DNA of 64,000 nt from the NCBI GenBank assembly GCA_965232485.1, contig OZ246975.1, positions 2,027,246-2,091,245 on the forward strand, written 5' to 3'. Positions 16,362-26,049 of this stretch are shown in pieces. The translations under genes were made by a program, and so were the position numbers. Origin of the DNA: Rhodothermales bacterium. GTDB taxonomy: Bacteria; Bacteroidota; Rhodothermia; Rhodothermales; VXPQ01. Under the pieces are notes generated by a model. It saw nothing but the letters and a program-made list of their open reading frames with translations, did no database searches and was not told the origin of the DNA. The number at the start of each line of letters is the position of its first letter. The stretch's first letter is position 1.

Positions 16362-18262
16362 GGTTCCAGCCTCTCGATCGCCTCGTATATCTGAAAGGGC
16401 AACTGCTGGAAATCGATCCGGTATTCGTGAAGAAACTCTGGATCCAGGTACTTGGCGGGTGCAAAGACGAGCCGCTTACGCTTGCTGCTGGGCAGAGTGC
16501 GGGCGACAGGAAGGGTCAGCGCGAGATTCTTGAGCTTTTCGACATTCGGCTCATAGAGAAGAAAAACATCATGCGACGCGGTGCGACCGACAAACCCGGT
16601 GTCACTGTTAGTCTCGGCCGGGTCGAACTCCTGTCCGGTCGCTGTGAAGAAGATGTACGAGGCGAGCTTCTCCCACGACGGGAGGTGGGAGCCGTCGAGG
16701 AGCGACTCCTGGCGCATGGGGCGCCCAAGCTCGAAGTAGCTGAAGGTGCCACCGAGGCCCTCAGTATGTTCGACAACTGCCGTCTCACCAGCGACGACGA
16801 GTTTTCCTTTCTCGAATTGCCTCGATATTTGGTCGTAATCGTCCCTGTACTGCTCCTCAATGGCCTTCACGGACCCTGTCAGTTTGTCGCTTAGCTTCGC
16901 CCATGTGATCTCCTCCCGCATCAACTCTGTCTTCTGGGTACCCGTGAAGGCGTATCCGTTGATGACGCGCCGGACGCGCTCGGCAGTGATCGTGTCCGCA
17001 TAGTCCTCGCACTCGACCAAAATGAAACGCCGGTTGCCACCGTCCTCCCGGTTCTGGGCGAGGACAGCGTGGGCCGTAGTGCCGGAACCAGCGAAAGAAT
17101 CGAGAACGATGGAGTCGGGGTCCGTGGCGATCTGGAGGATGCGGCGAACGAGGCGAGACGGCTTGACGGTGTTGAATACGTCTTCGGATCGCTCGAATTG
17201 GAGCGCGGAGACCAGTTCTTTCTTTGCTTCCTGCGTGTTGCCAACATCGGTGTGAAGCCAAAGTGTCTGCGGGACGACTCCCTTCCTCACATCGGTCAGG
17301 AATCGCTTGAGGCGAGGCATGCTGTTGCCACCCTTTCCCCACCAAACCCGCCCGTCCTTATCCAGTTCAGCGAACTTCTTGGGAGATACGCGAAAGTAGT
17401 TGCCGACCGACGGCTTGAACTTCTTTCCAGCGGGGCTGGTAACCTCGTAGGTGCCTTGACCGTAGAAATTTCGTGCCGTCAAGTCGCTGGAGGACCACGG
17501 CCCCCGTGGATCATCATCAGGATTCTTGTAACGTCCAGTCGCCCGCTCACTACGCGCTATCAAGTTTGGGCGCCATGCTTCAATGCGCCGCGCGTACGCC
17601 ATCACGTAGTCGTGATCTTCCGAGAAGTATTTCGCGGTGTTCTTCGGGGAAAAGACTTTCTGCCATATGGCGGTGGCCAAGAAGTTTTCCTCGCCGAACA
17701 CCTCGTCCATCAGAGAGCGCAGGTGATGCACTTCGTTGTCGTCGATGGACACGAAGATCGCCCCGTCCTCCCGGAGCAGTTCGCGCAGCAGCTTCAGGCG
17801 CGGCGTCATCATGCAGCACCACTTGTCGTGGCGGGTCAAGTCGTCTCGGTCTACCACCTTGCCCAACCAGTTCTTCATCAGCGGCGAAGTCACGTTGTCG
17901 TTGTACGCCCAGCCCTCGTTCCCCGTGTTGTAAGGCGGGTCGATGTACACGCACTTCACCTTGCCGTGATAGGTCGGCAACAGCGACTTGAGCGCGGCCA
18001 GGTTGTCGCCGTGGATGATCAGGTTATCGCGCAGGCTTGCCTTCTCGCTCAGCCCCTTCTCACGCACTGGCAGCAGCTCGTGGAAGGGCACAGCCAAGTG
18101 ATGGTTCTCGACAAAGACCTTGCCCTTGAAATGGAGTCGCGGCAAAGGATCCCTCCTCTGAAATCTATTATTTAACGTGCATCCACTGCTTTGCCCACTA
18201 GCGCTACGGAACGCCTGCCTTAAACTAAGCCCCGTATTGTCGCCGCACAACCCGTTTTCCAT
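16358..18262 (-). CDS. mod: Type III R-M DNA methyltransferase, Mod subunit (beta-class N6A/N4C MTase)
   Basis: 634 aa. VYIDPPYNTG (motif IV) precedes DSFAGSGTTAHAV (motif I). The first ~40 codons are uncertain. Confidence 0.9.
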   Translation of the reverse strand: MENGLCGDNTGLSLRQAFRSASGQSSGCTLNNRFQRRDPLPRLHFKGKVFVENHHLAVPFHELLPVREKGLSEKASLRDNLIIHGDNLAALKSLLPTYHGKVKCVYIDPPYNTGNEGWAYNDNVTSPLMKNWLGKVVDRDDLTRHDKWCCMMTPRLKLLRELLREDGAIFVSIDDNEVHHLRSLMDEVFGEENFLATAIWQKVFSPKNTAKYFSEDHDYVMAYARRIEAWRPNLIARSERATGRYKNPDDDPRGPWSSSDLTARNFYGQGTYEVTSPAGKKFKPSVGNYFRVSPKKFAELDKDGRVWWGKGGNSMPRLKRFLTDVRKGVVPQTLWLHTDVGNTQEAKKELVSALQFERSEDVFNTVKPSRLVRRILQIATDPDSIVLDSFAGSGTTAHAVLAQNREDGGNRRFILVECEDYADTITAERVRRVINGYAFTGTQKTELMREEITWAKLSDKLTGSVKAIEEQYRDDYDQISRQFEKGKLVVAGETAVVEHTEGLGGTFSYFELGRPMRQESLLDGSHLPSWEKLASYIFFTATGQEFDPAETNSDTGFVGRTASHDVFLLYEPNVEKLKNLALTLPVARTLPSSKRKRLVFAPAKYLDPEFLHEYRIDFQQLPFQIYEAIERLEP

Positions 18263-18390
18263 AATTCAGGCGCCTTTCGGAAGAGTAAAACCGCTTACGC
18301 AGGTCAGAGAACACTTTCCTGACTACCGCCCTCTTGGCCCGCGCGCTCCCGCGGGCGCCAGCGCCGTCCATGCCGCTTCCAGAATAGTCC

Positions 18391-21300
18391 TTGCGATCAA
18401 ATCATCCCGCCAGTCAGGAAGCAATCGGCCCAAATGCCTCATCCTGCGAACATCCCGACCCGTTTCGTCGTTTTTCGATGCGCCCGGCGCGAAACCGCGC
18501 GCCAGCGCAACAGCCGTTTCACGTCTTTCCCGCCCAAAACCCGTTCGATCCCGTGGCGCTTGCTTCGATCCGCAGGCAACTGGCCTCCACGGACGTCTTT
18601 CGCAAGGCGTCCGCATGGTGTGAACGAATAGACCCCGAAGCCCCCTCTACGCTTCAAATAAAAGGGTTGGCCGGATCCGTCTCGTCCTTCCTGCTGGCCC
18701 GACTCCACGAAACGGCCAACGCGGCGAATATCCTCTGCGTCTACATTGCGCCGAACGAGGAAATAGCCGCCTGGGCCTTCGGAGACATTGCCCAGCTGGT
18801 CGAGGAAGACGAGGGCGCCCTGCAACTGCCGGCCACGGGACACAAACCCTACGACGCCGAACAACTGGACGATCTGGCCCCGATCATCGCCCGGACCGAT
18901 GTGCTGCAACAAATCGCCGACGGATTCCACGGCCTGGTCGTAACGAGCGTCGAGGCGCTTGTGGAAATGACTCCCCCCGCGGAAACGATCCGAAACCGCA
19001 CGATCTCCATCGCTACGGGAATGGTCTTTCCGCCGGAGAAACTGGCGCAGCGCCTGGTGAAATTGGGTTTCGAGCACGCCGAGTTCGTGGAGCGACCCGG
19101 AGAAATAGCGCTTCGGGGCGGCATCCTCGACATCTATCCATTCACCGGCTCGTGGCCCATCCGGGCAGAATTCTTCGGCGACGACATCGAATCCCTGCGC
19201 GAATTCGACCCCCGGTCGCAACGATCCATCAGCCGCCTGACCACCGCCCGCCTCGTTCCGAATACGGGGAACGATCTGTCCGACGCCAGCGCCCGCGCAT
19301 CCATCTTCGAACAATTTCCCGAACGCGCGCTGCTTGTCACGACGGACGAAGAAGGGCTGACAGAACACGCCGCCAAGCGATTCGAAGCCACCGAAAAAGC
19401 CTGGCGCCATGCGCTGCGCGAAATCCCCGAAGCGCCCGTCCCCGCCACGCGGTATCTCTCTGGCGAAGCCTTCGAGCAAGCTTTGCTCCTTCGTAATCGG
19501 ATACTGCTTGGCTCGTTCGGCGGCGGCGGCGAACGCCTCCTTCGGTTCGACGCCGCCCCGCAACCGGACTTCAATGGGAATATCGGCCTGCTTCGCACGC
19601 GCATTCTGACCAACGCCGAACGCGGCGTGCGCACCTTTATCCTTTGCGATAGTCGAGGGCAAGAGGTTCGCCTGTCCGAACTCCTCGGCGACGAAACAGC
19701 CCAGGAAAATGTTCGCATCTCCATCGAATCGCTGCACGAAGGATTCGAAATTCCCTCGCTTGGCCTGGCCGTCTACACGGATCATCAGATATTCAATCGT
19801 TACCACCGTCCCTCCGTGCGCGGGCAAAAGAAACGGTACGGCGGACTGGGCCTGCAAGCGCTGAAAAATCTCTCGCCCGGCGATTTCGTGGTCCATGTGG
19901 ATTACGGAATCGGCCGCTTCGCCGGACTGCATCGCATCACGGTGCGCGAAAAACAGCAGGAATCCGTCAAAGTGCTTTTTCGGGACGAGGACATCCTGTA
20001 TGTCAATGTCAATGCGCTCCACAAACTCCACAAATATTCCGGCAAGGACGGGCGGCCGCCCACGCTCACCAAGCTGGGTTCCGGGCAATGGGAGCGCACG
20101 AAATCCCGCGCCAAAGGCAAGGTCAAGGATATTGCGCGAGACCTGATCGCGCTCTACGCAAAGCGAAAACAATCCGCCGGGGTCGCTTTTTCCCCGGACA
20201 CGATCTGGCAGCGGGAAATGGAAGCCTCGTTCCGCTACGAGGACACGCCAGACCAGACCGCCGCCACAGACGCCGTCAAAGCCGATATGGAAACGGCGGC
20301 GCCCATGGATCGGCTGATCTGCGGAGACGTCGGATTCGGCAAAACGGAAGTCGCTGTCCGGGCAGCCTTCAAGGCGGCGCAGGACGGTAAACAGGTGGCG
20401 ATCCTGGCCCCCACCACCATCCTTGCCGCGCAACATTTCAAAACCTTCTCGAAAAGGCTGGAAAAATATCCGGTCTATGTGGAGATGTTGTCGCGTTTCC
20501 GCTCCGCCGCCGAGCAAAAACAGATCGTCCGGCGCCTCGCGGACGGCGATGTGGACATTGTGGTGGGGACGCATCGCCTGACTTCGCAGGATATCCGGTT
20601 CAAAGACCTGGGCCTGCTCATTATCGACGAAGAGCAACGCTTCGGGGTAGCCGTCAAGGAACGCCTGCGAAAACTGCGCGCCGAGGTGGATACGCTTACC
20701 CTTACCGCAACGCCCATCCCCCGAACGCTTCAATTCTCTCTGCTGGGCGCCCGGGATTTATCGCTCGTCACCACGCCGCCCCCGAACCGGCAACCGGTCA
20801 ACACGGAGATCCATACTTTCGACAAGGACCTGATCCGGGACGCCATCCTGTACGAAGTCAGTCGAGGCGGACAGGTCTTCTTTCTGCACAACAACATCTG
20901 CACTATCGACGAAATGGCCGACAGCCTGCGCCTCATCGTCCCGAACGTTCGCATGCGAACGGCGCACGGGCAAATGAAATCGAGCGCGCTGGAACAGGTC
21001 ATGGCGGATTTTATCGGCGGACGGTTCGACGTACTCGTGAGCACCAGCATCATTGAGAACGGCCTCGACATACCCAACGCCAATACGATCATTATCGATC
21101 GGGCGGACCGGTTCGGTCTCGCCGAACTGCACCAGCTTCGCGGGCGCGTCGGGCGTTCGGACCGAAAAGCCTTCTGCTACCTGCTTGTTTCGTCCATCCA
21201 CGGACTCACGCGCGAAGCGCGGCAACGACTGCAAGCCGTCGAGGAATTTTCGGACCTCGGGGGCGGATTCAATCTGGCCATGCGCGATCTGGATATCCGG

Positions 21301-21924
21301 GGCGCAGGCAATCTCCTCGGAGGCGAGCAAAGCGGCTTTATCGACGAGGTTGGTTTTGAAACCTGGCGCAAGATTCTGGAAGAGGCCGTGCTGGAACTCC
21401 GCGAAGAGGAATTTGCAGACGCGCTGGACCGCGAAGCGGCGCCGGTCGCCGCCGAAACCACGGTGGATATCGAAGAAGACGCCTTCATCCCGGAGGACTA
21501 CGTTGCAAACAATGTAGAGCGGTTGAATATCTATCGCCGCATAAGCGAAGCCGAAGACATCCCAGCGCTGGAGACCCTGCGCGACGAAATGCAAGACCGT
21601 TTCGGGGACCTGCCCGCCGAAGCGGATCATCTGTTCATCGCCGCCGAAATGAAATTCCTTGGCCAGTCGCTGCGCCTGTCCAGGGTGCTTTTCAAAAACG
21701 AACGACTCTTTCTGTATATGCCGTCCGCAGAAAACGATCCGTATTTCCACGAACGAATCTTTTACCGCTTTCTGGAACAGCTGAGCAACCTGGGCCAGCG
21801 ATACGTACTGAAAGAAACGAAGCGACGGACCGTGCGGGCGATCGTGCAGGAAGTGCCCAGGCTTTCCGACGCGCACAAGACTCTGCGGCGCCTGCAACCC
21901 GAATCCGCAAGCGTAGCGGCGTAA
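18391..21924 (+). CDS. mfd: transcription-repair coupling factor
   Basis: Motifs: CGDVGFGKTEVA, LLIIDEEQRFG, LTATPIPRTL and a TRCF C-terminal domain. An alternative ATG start at 18478 is plausible. Confidence 0.9.
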   Translation: MRSNHPASQEAIGPNASSCEHPDPFRRFSMRPARNRAPAQQPFHVFPAQNPFDPVALASIRRQLASTDVFRKASAWCERIDPEAPSTLQIKGLAGSVSSFLLARLHETANAANILCVYIAPNEEIAAWAFGDIAQLVEEDEGALQLPATGHKPYDAEQLDDLAPIIARTDVLQQIADGFHGLVVTSVEALVEMTPPAETIRNRTISIATGMVFPPEKLAQRLVKLGFEHAEFVERPGEIALRGGILDIYPFTGSWPIRAEFFGDDIESLREFDPRSQRSISRLTTARLVPNTGNDLSDASARASIFEQFPERALLVTTDEEGLTEHAAKRFEATEKAWRHALREIPEAPVPATRYLSGEAFEQALLLRNRILLGSFGGGGERLLRFDAAPQPDFNGNIGLLRTRILTNAERGVRTFILCDSRGQEVRLSELLGDETAQENVRISIESLHEGFEIPSLGLAVYTDHQIFNRYHRPSVRGQKKRYGGLGLQALKNLSPGDFVVHVDYGIGRFAGLHRITVREKQQESVKVLFRDEDILYVNVNALHKLHKYSGKDGRPPTLTKLGSGQWERTKSRAKGKVKDIARDLIALYAKRKQSAGVAFSPDTIWQREMEASFRYEDTPDQTAATDAVKADMETAAPMDRLICGDVGFGKTEVAVRAAFKAAQDGKQVAILAPTTILAAQHFKTFSKRLEKYPVYVEMLSRFRSAAEQKQIVRRLADGDVDIVVGTHRLTSQDIRFKDLGLLIIDEEQRFGVAVKERLRKLRAEVDTLTLTATPIPRTLQFSLLGARDLSLVTTPPPNRQPVNTEIHTFDKDLIRDAILYEVSRGGQVFFLHNNICTIDEMADSLRLIVPNVRMRTAHGQMKSSALEQVMADFIGGRFDVLVSTSIIENGLDIPNANTIIIDRADRFGLAELHQLRGRVGRSDRKAFCYLLVSSIHGLTREARQRLQAVEEFSDLGGGFNLAMRDLDIRGAGNLLGGEQSGFIDEVGFETWRKILEEAVLELREEEFADALDREAAPVAAETTVDIEEDAFIPEDYVANNVERLNIYRRISEAEDIPALETLRDEMQDRFGDLPAEADHLFIAAEMKFLGQSLRLSRVLFKNERLFLYMPSAENDPYFHERIFYRFLEQLSNLGQRYVLKETKRRTVRAIVQEVPRLSDAHKTLRRLQPESASVAA

Positions 21925-21944
21925 CAGGCGGGGGTCCGGCGCAA

Positions 21945-22604
21945 TCAGGAACGAGGCGCACAGACGAGAATCGCCTTGTCCCGGAACCACGGGCGCGGAT
22001 CCATATTTGCAAGATCGATCCGCTCGACGTCCGCCTCGCCTGCAACAGACGCTATTTCGTCCGACAGATCGCCTCCTTTCAGGCAAATGGCGGCGGGACG
22101 CCAGGTATCCGCATCCAGCAGACGAGCGCAAGGGCGGGCGACGCGGCGATGCCATGCCCATACATCCCGAAGCGGCGCCGCGGCCCGCGACGCCGAATAG
22201 ACATAGCCCGAATCGCATTGGGCCTGTTCGGCGGCGGAAAAAGCCCCGGCGTCGCCGCGCCAGACCGTCGCATTCGCAAGTCCGAGGCGCCGAATCATGG
22301 CGCGCAGAGCCTGTGCCTTCTTCTCGACCTTGTCTATGGCGATCACCCGGATATCCGGGCAGGCGATCGCCAACGGAATCGCTGGAAGGCCGCCGCCGGT
22401 CCCCCAATCAATCACAACCGCTCCGGGCGGAAAACGACGACATGTCAGAAACAGACAGTGCAGGCAATGCATCCGAACCGCTTCCGCATCGGCTTCCCGC
22501 GAAATGAGATTGACGCGGCGGTTGAATTCGAGCAGCATGGCCTGATACGCATTCAGGAGCTGCTTCTGCTCGGCCGTCCATGATCGAAAAGGGTCCACGA
22601 ACAT
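21945..22604 (-). CDS. rsmG: 16S rRNA (guanine527-N7)-methyltransferase
   Basis: VIDWGTGGGLPAIPLAI SAM-binding motif. It sits next to mnmG as in the canonical gidA-gidB pair. Confidence 0.9.
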   Translation of the reverse strand: MFVDPFRSWTAEQKQLLNAYQAMLLEFNRRVNLISREADAEAVRMHCLHCLFLTCRRFPPGAVVIDWGTGGGLPAIPLAIACPDIRVIAIDKVEKKAQALRAMIRRLGLANATVWRGDAGAFSAAEQAQCDSGYVYSASRAAAPLRDVWAWHRRVARPCARLLDADTWRPAAICLKGGDLSDEIASVAGEADVERIDLANMDPRPWFRDKAILVCAPRS

Positions 22605-22613
22605 GCAGAAGTT

Positions 22614-24524
22614 TCAGTTGGCCGCGGGAGAGGCGGACCGTTTCCTGGCCGGGCGCTTCCGCAGCATCACGAGAAGCACCGACACGTCGGCGGGGCTGAC
22701 GCCGCTTATGCGCGACGCCTGCCCCAGATTGTCCGGACGGATTTTCGATAACTTCTCCCGCGCCTCCATGGCGATATGCTCCACGGACGCATAATCGAAA
22801 TCCTCCGGAAGGCGAAGCGATTCCATTTCTTCCATCTTCCGCACCATGTCGCGTTCGCGATCAAGGTATCCCTCATACCGAAGATCAATCTCGATATCCC
22901 GGACCACGGACACGGGCCCCGGCGCCGGCGAAACCAGTTCGTCCCGACGACCCGTACGATCCAGCAGGTCGTCCAGCGAGACTTGCGGCCGTTTTGCAAG
23001 CTGCGCAAGGCGTTCAGGCCGGCGAATCGGGTCCGTACCCGCCCCCTCCAGATACGTATTCACAGCCTCCGGCGACACGGTCGCCGATTCAATGGCCGCG
23101 CGCGTGGCCGCAATGGCCTGCTTTCGGGCCCGCATCCGTTCGTAGCGAGCGTCCGTCGCCAGGCCCAACCGATGGCCCAGCGCCGTCAAGCGGCGGTCCG
23201 CATTGTCCTGCCGCAAAAGCAGCCGGTGCTCGGCCCGCGAAGTAAACATGCGATACGGTTCGTCCGTGCCCTTGGCCACCAGATCGTCGATGAGCACGCC
23301 AATGTAGGCCTCCGACCTTTTCAGGACGACCGGGTCTTCGCGACGCAACTGCCGCACGGCATTGATCCCGGCCATGAGCCCTTGCGCCGCGGCTTCCTCG
23401 TAGCCCGTCGTGCCATTGATCTGCCCGGCGAAAAACAATCCCCGAATGCGCTTCGTTTCGAGGCTGTACCGTATTTGCCAGGGAGGAAAATAATCGTATT
23501 CGATGGCGTAGCCGGGACGCAGCATGTGCGCTTTTTCGAGACCAGCCACCTTGCGCAGCGCCGCAAACTGCACCTCTTCGGGAAGGCTGGTGGAGAATCC
23601 ATTCACATAAATTTCATATGTGTTTCGTCCTTCCGGCTCCAGGAAAAGCTGGTGGCGGTCTTTTCCGGCGAATCGGTTGATTTTATCCTCAATCGACGGG
23701 CAATACCGGGGGCCGGCGCCCCCGATCCGCCCGGCGAACATGGGGCTCCGGTCGAATCCCTCCCGCAGCGCATCGTGCGCCTCGGGAGACGTGTAGGCAA
23801 TCCAGCAGCATACCTGATCTTCCGGAAGCCGATCCGTAAGAAAGGAAAACGGCGCGGCCGCCGGGTCGCCCGGCTGTTCTTCCAGTCGGTCGTAATCAAT
23901 CGTGCGCCCGTCAATGCGCGGCGGCGTGCCTGTTTTCAATCGCCCGCTCTCGAAACCAAGTTGCTCAAGCGATGCGGTCAAGCCTGTGGAGGCGCGCTCG
24001 CCCATGCGACCGCCCCCATACTGGCGTTCGCCGATATGAATGACGCCGTTCATGAAGGTGCCGCTGGTCAAAATGACCGTTGGAGCGCGAAACGTCTGGC
24101 CGATTTGCGTACGTACGCCCGTTACTTGACCTTTTTTCGTACATACCTCGACAGCCATATCGGACCGCAGGAACAAGCCCGGAATGCACTCCAGTTCTTC
24201 CCGCGCCGCGGTCGCATAAGCGGCCCGGTCGCACTGCGCGCGCGGCCCCTGCACGGCAGGCCCTCTCCGCTGATTCAACATCCGAAACTGTATGCCTGCG
24301 CGATCGGTCACCTTACCCATGACGCCGCCAAGCGCATCGATTTCGCGGACGATATGCCCCTTGCCGATACCGCCAATGGCCGGGTTGCACGACATCTGCC
24401 CAATGGTTTGCAGATTCATGGTCACGAGCAACGCGCGCGCGCCCATGCGCGCGGCTGCCGCAGCGGCCTCGGTCCCGGCATGCCCGCCGCCCACCACAAT
24501 GACGTCGTATTCGAAAGGATGCAT
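22614..24524 (-). CDS. mnmG: tRNA uridine 5-carboxymethylaminomethyl modification enzyme
   Basis: MHPFEYDVIVVGGGHAGTEAA FAD motif, with full-length GidA-like sequence. Start taken at the internal ATG (24524) rather than the track start at 24581. Confidence 0.95.
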   Translation of the reverse strand: MHPFEYDVIVVGGGHAGTEAAAAAARMGARALLVTMNLQTIGQMSCNPAIGGIGKGHIVREIDALGGVMGKVTDRAGIQFRMLNQRRGPAVQGPRAQCDRAAYATAAREELECIPGLFLRSDMAVEVCTKKGQVTGVRTQIGQTFRAPTVILTSGTFMNGVIHIGERQYGGGRMGERASTGLTASLEQLGFESGRLKTGTPPRIDGRTIDYDRLEEQPGDPAAAPFSFLTDRLPEDQVCCWIAYTSPEAHDALREGFDRSPMFAGRIGGAGPRYCPSIEDKINRFAGKDRHQLFLEPEGRNTYEIYVNGFSTSLPEEVQFAALRKVAGLEKAHMLRPGYAIEYDYFPPWQIRYSLETKRIRGLFFAGQINGTTGYEEAAAQGLMAGINAVRQLRREDPVVLKRSEAYIGVLIDDLVAKGTDEPYRMFTSRAEHRLLLRQDNADRRLTALGHRLGLATDARYERMRARKQAIAATRAAIESATVSPEAVNTYLEGAGTDPIRRPERLAQLAKRPQVSLDDLLDRTGRRDELVSPAPGPVSVVRDIEIDLRYEGYLDRERDMVRKMEEMESLRLPEDFDYASVEHIAMEAREKLSKIRPDNLGQASRISGVSPADVSVLLVMLRKRPARKRSASPAAN

Positions 24525-24618
24525 GGTTTGCGTTTGCGATATGGCTCCGTCCGTACGCCTGCGGAAACTATGGACGCGCACATACAGGAAAACGCCGCAA
24601 GAACGACAATGGCTCCCG

Positions 24619-25998
24619 TTATTTTCCTATACAGAATCGAGAGAAAATCTGATCCAGCACATCTTCGTTCGTGATCTCGCCGGTAATCGCGCCAATTTCA
24701 TGCAGAGCCACGCGCAAATCCAGCGCCAGCAGTTCGGCGGCGCTCCCGGCCCCAAGACCCTGTCGAGCAGCGCGCACGGCGTCAAGCGCCTTGCGCAAAT
24801 GGTTGCGATGCCGCTCGTTCGTCACCACGAGCGACCCCTCGGAAAGGCTTAGATCGCCGCCCGCCGTTTCCAGCAAACGAGCGATCAGCGGCTGCATCTC
24901 CGCTTCGTCCCGGAAAGCCCGCTTGGCCGACAGGGGGAAAACGCCGCCGTCCGACGGCGCCTTCTCCCGTTTCAGCAAATCCGTCTTGTTCGCCGCCAGA
25001 AGCACCGGGGGCGCGCCCCGATCCGCCAGGGCCTCGATAAAGGCTTGCTCGCCCGCGTCCATGCCTACCGTAACGTCGTACACATACACCAGTATATCGC
25101 TCCGATCTATGGCTCGCTCGGCGCGGGATACGCCCTCGGCCTCTATGGCGTCCGCCGTGTCCCGCAGGCCCGCGGTATCCGTAAACCGGAACAGCAAGCC
25201 GCCTATTTCCGCCTCGCCTTCCACTTCGTCCCGCGTCGTGCCAGGCGCCGGACTCACAATGGCGCGGTCGCTTCCCAGCAAGGCGTTCAGCAAGGTGGAT
25301 TTTCCCGCATTGGGCCGCCCGGCGATAACCACCCGCACCCCATCGCGCACGCGGCGCCCGAGCCGCCAGGACCGAAGCAATGCGTCCAGCAGGCGCTCGC
25401 TCCGTTCCAGCAAGTCCCCGAGCCGTTCGCGGTCGGCGAACGCCACGTCCTCTTCCGAAAAATCCAGTTCGAGTTCGAGGTACGCACAGAGTTCGAGCAG
25501 GCCCGCCCGGATATCCGCCAGCGCCTCAGAATAGCGGCCCTGAAGGTGTGAAACGGACACGCGATGCGCCAGAGAGGACGAGGCGTGAATCAGATCGGCC
25601 ACAGCTTCGGCTTGCGCCAGATCCATCTTCCCGTTCAGAAACGCCCGCTGGGTGAATTCGCCGGGAGCGGCCAGACGCGCACCCGCCTCGAGCAAGCAAT
25701 TCAGAATGAGCCGGGTCGCAAAATCGCCGCCGTGGCACGAGCACTCCACCACATCCTCTCCAGTCGCTGAACGAGGAGCCCGGAATACCGTAGCGACCAC
25801 CTGATCAAGGCGCGTTCCGCCGCGGCGGGCCACATAACCCACATGCGCCGTATGCGAGGCGGCTTCCCGAAGATTCGCTCCCTCAAAACAAGCGGCTGCG
25901 ATGGCCACCGCCTCGGGACCGGAAATGCGCACGACGCCCAGCGCGGCGCGCCCCCGGGCCGTTGCAATGGCGGCAATGGTGTCGCTGGAAGTTGGCAT
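24619..25998 (-). CDS. mnmE: tRNA modification GTPase
   Basis: GRPNAGKSTLLNAL G1 motif, DTAGLR, NKTD, and the C-terminal FCIGK. Confidence 0.95.
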   Translation of the reverse strand: MPTSSDTIAAIATARGRAALGVVRISGPEAVAIAAACFEGANLREAASHTAHVGYVARRGGTRLDQVVATVFRAPRSATGEDVVECSCHGGDFATRLILNCLLEAGARLAAPGEFTQRAFLNGKMDLAQAEAVADLIHASSSLAHRVSVSHLQGRYSEALADIRAGLLELCAYLELELDFSEEDVAFADRERLGDLLERSERLLDALLRSWRLGRRVRDGVRVVIAGRPNAGKSTLLNALLGSDRAIVSPAPGTTRDEVEGEAEIGGLLFRFTDTAGLRDTADAIEAEGVSRAERAIDRSDILVYVYDVTVGMDAGEQAFIEALADRGAPPVLLAANKTDLLKREKAPSDGGVFPLSAKRAFRDEAEMQPLIARLLETAGGDLSLSEGSLVVTNERHRNHLRKALDAVRAARQGLGAGSAAELLALDLRVALHEIGAITGEITNEDVLDQIFSRFCIGK

Positions 25999-26049
25999 GG
26001 CGCAGGAGAAACGATGCGCTGGACGAACCGCCCTGCAAGCAAGGCGTGC

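Noticed and set aside
18439-20733. 764-aa ORF antisense to mfd. Similar long antisense ORFs occur at 20758-22407, 22776-24674, 24671-25534 and 25843-27084.
   Set aside because: They lie opposite genes with unmistakable conserved motifs (mfd, rsmG, mnmG, mnmE, yidC). Their translations are Arg/Gly/Pro/Ala-rich low-complexity sequence, typical of shadow ORFs in high-GC DNA.
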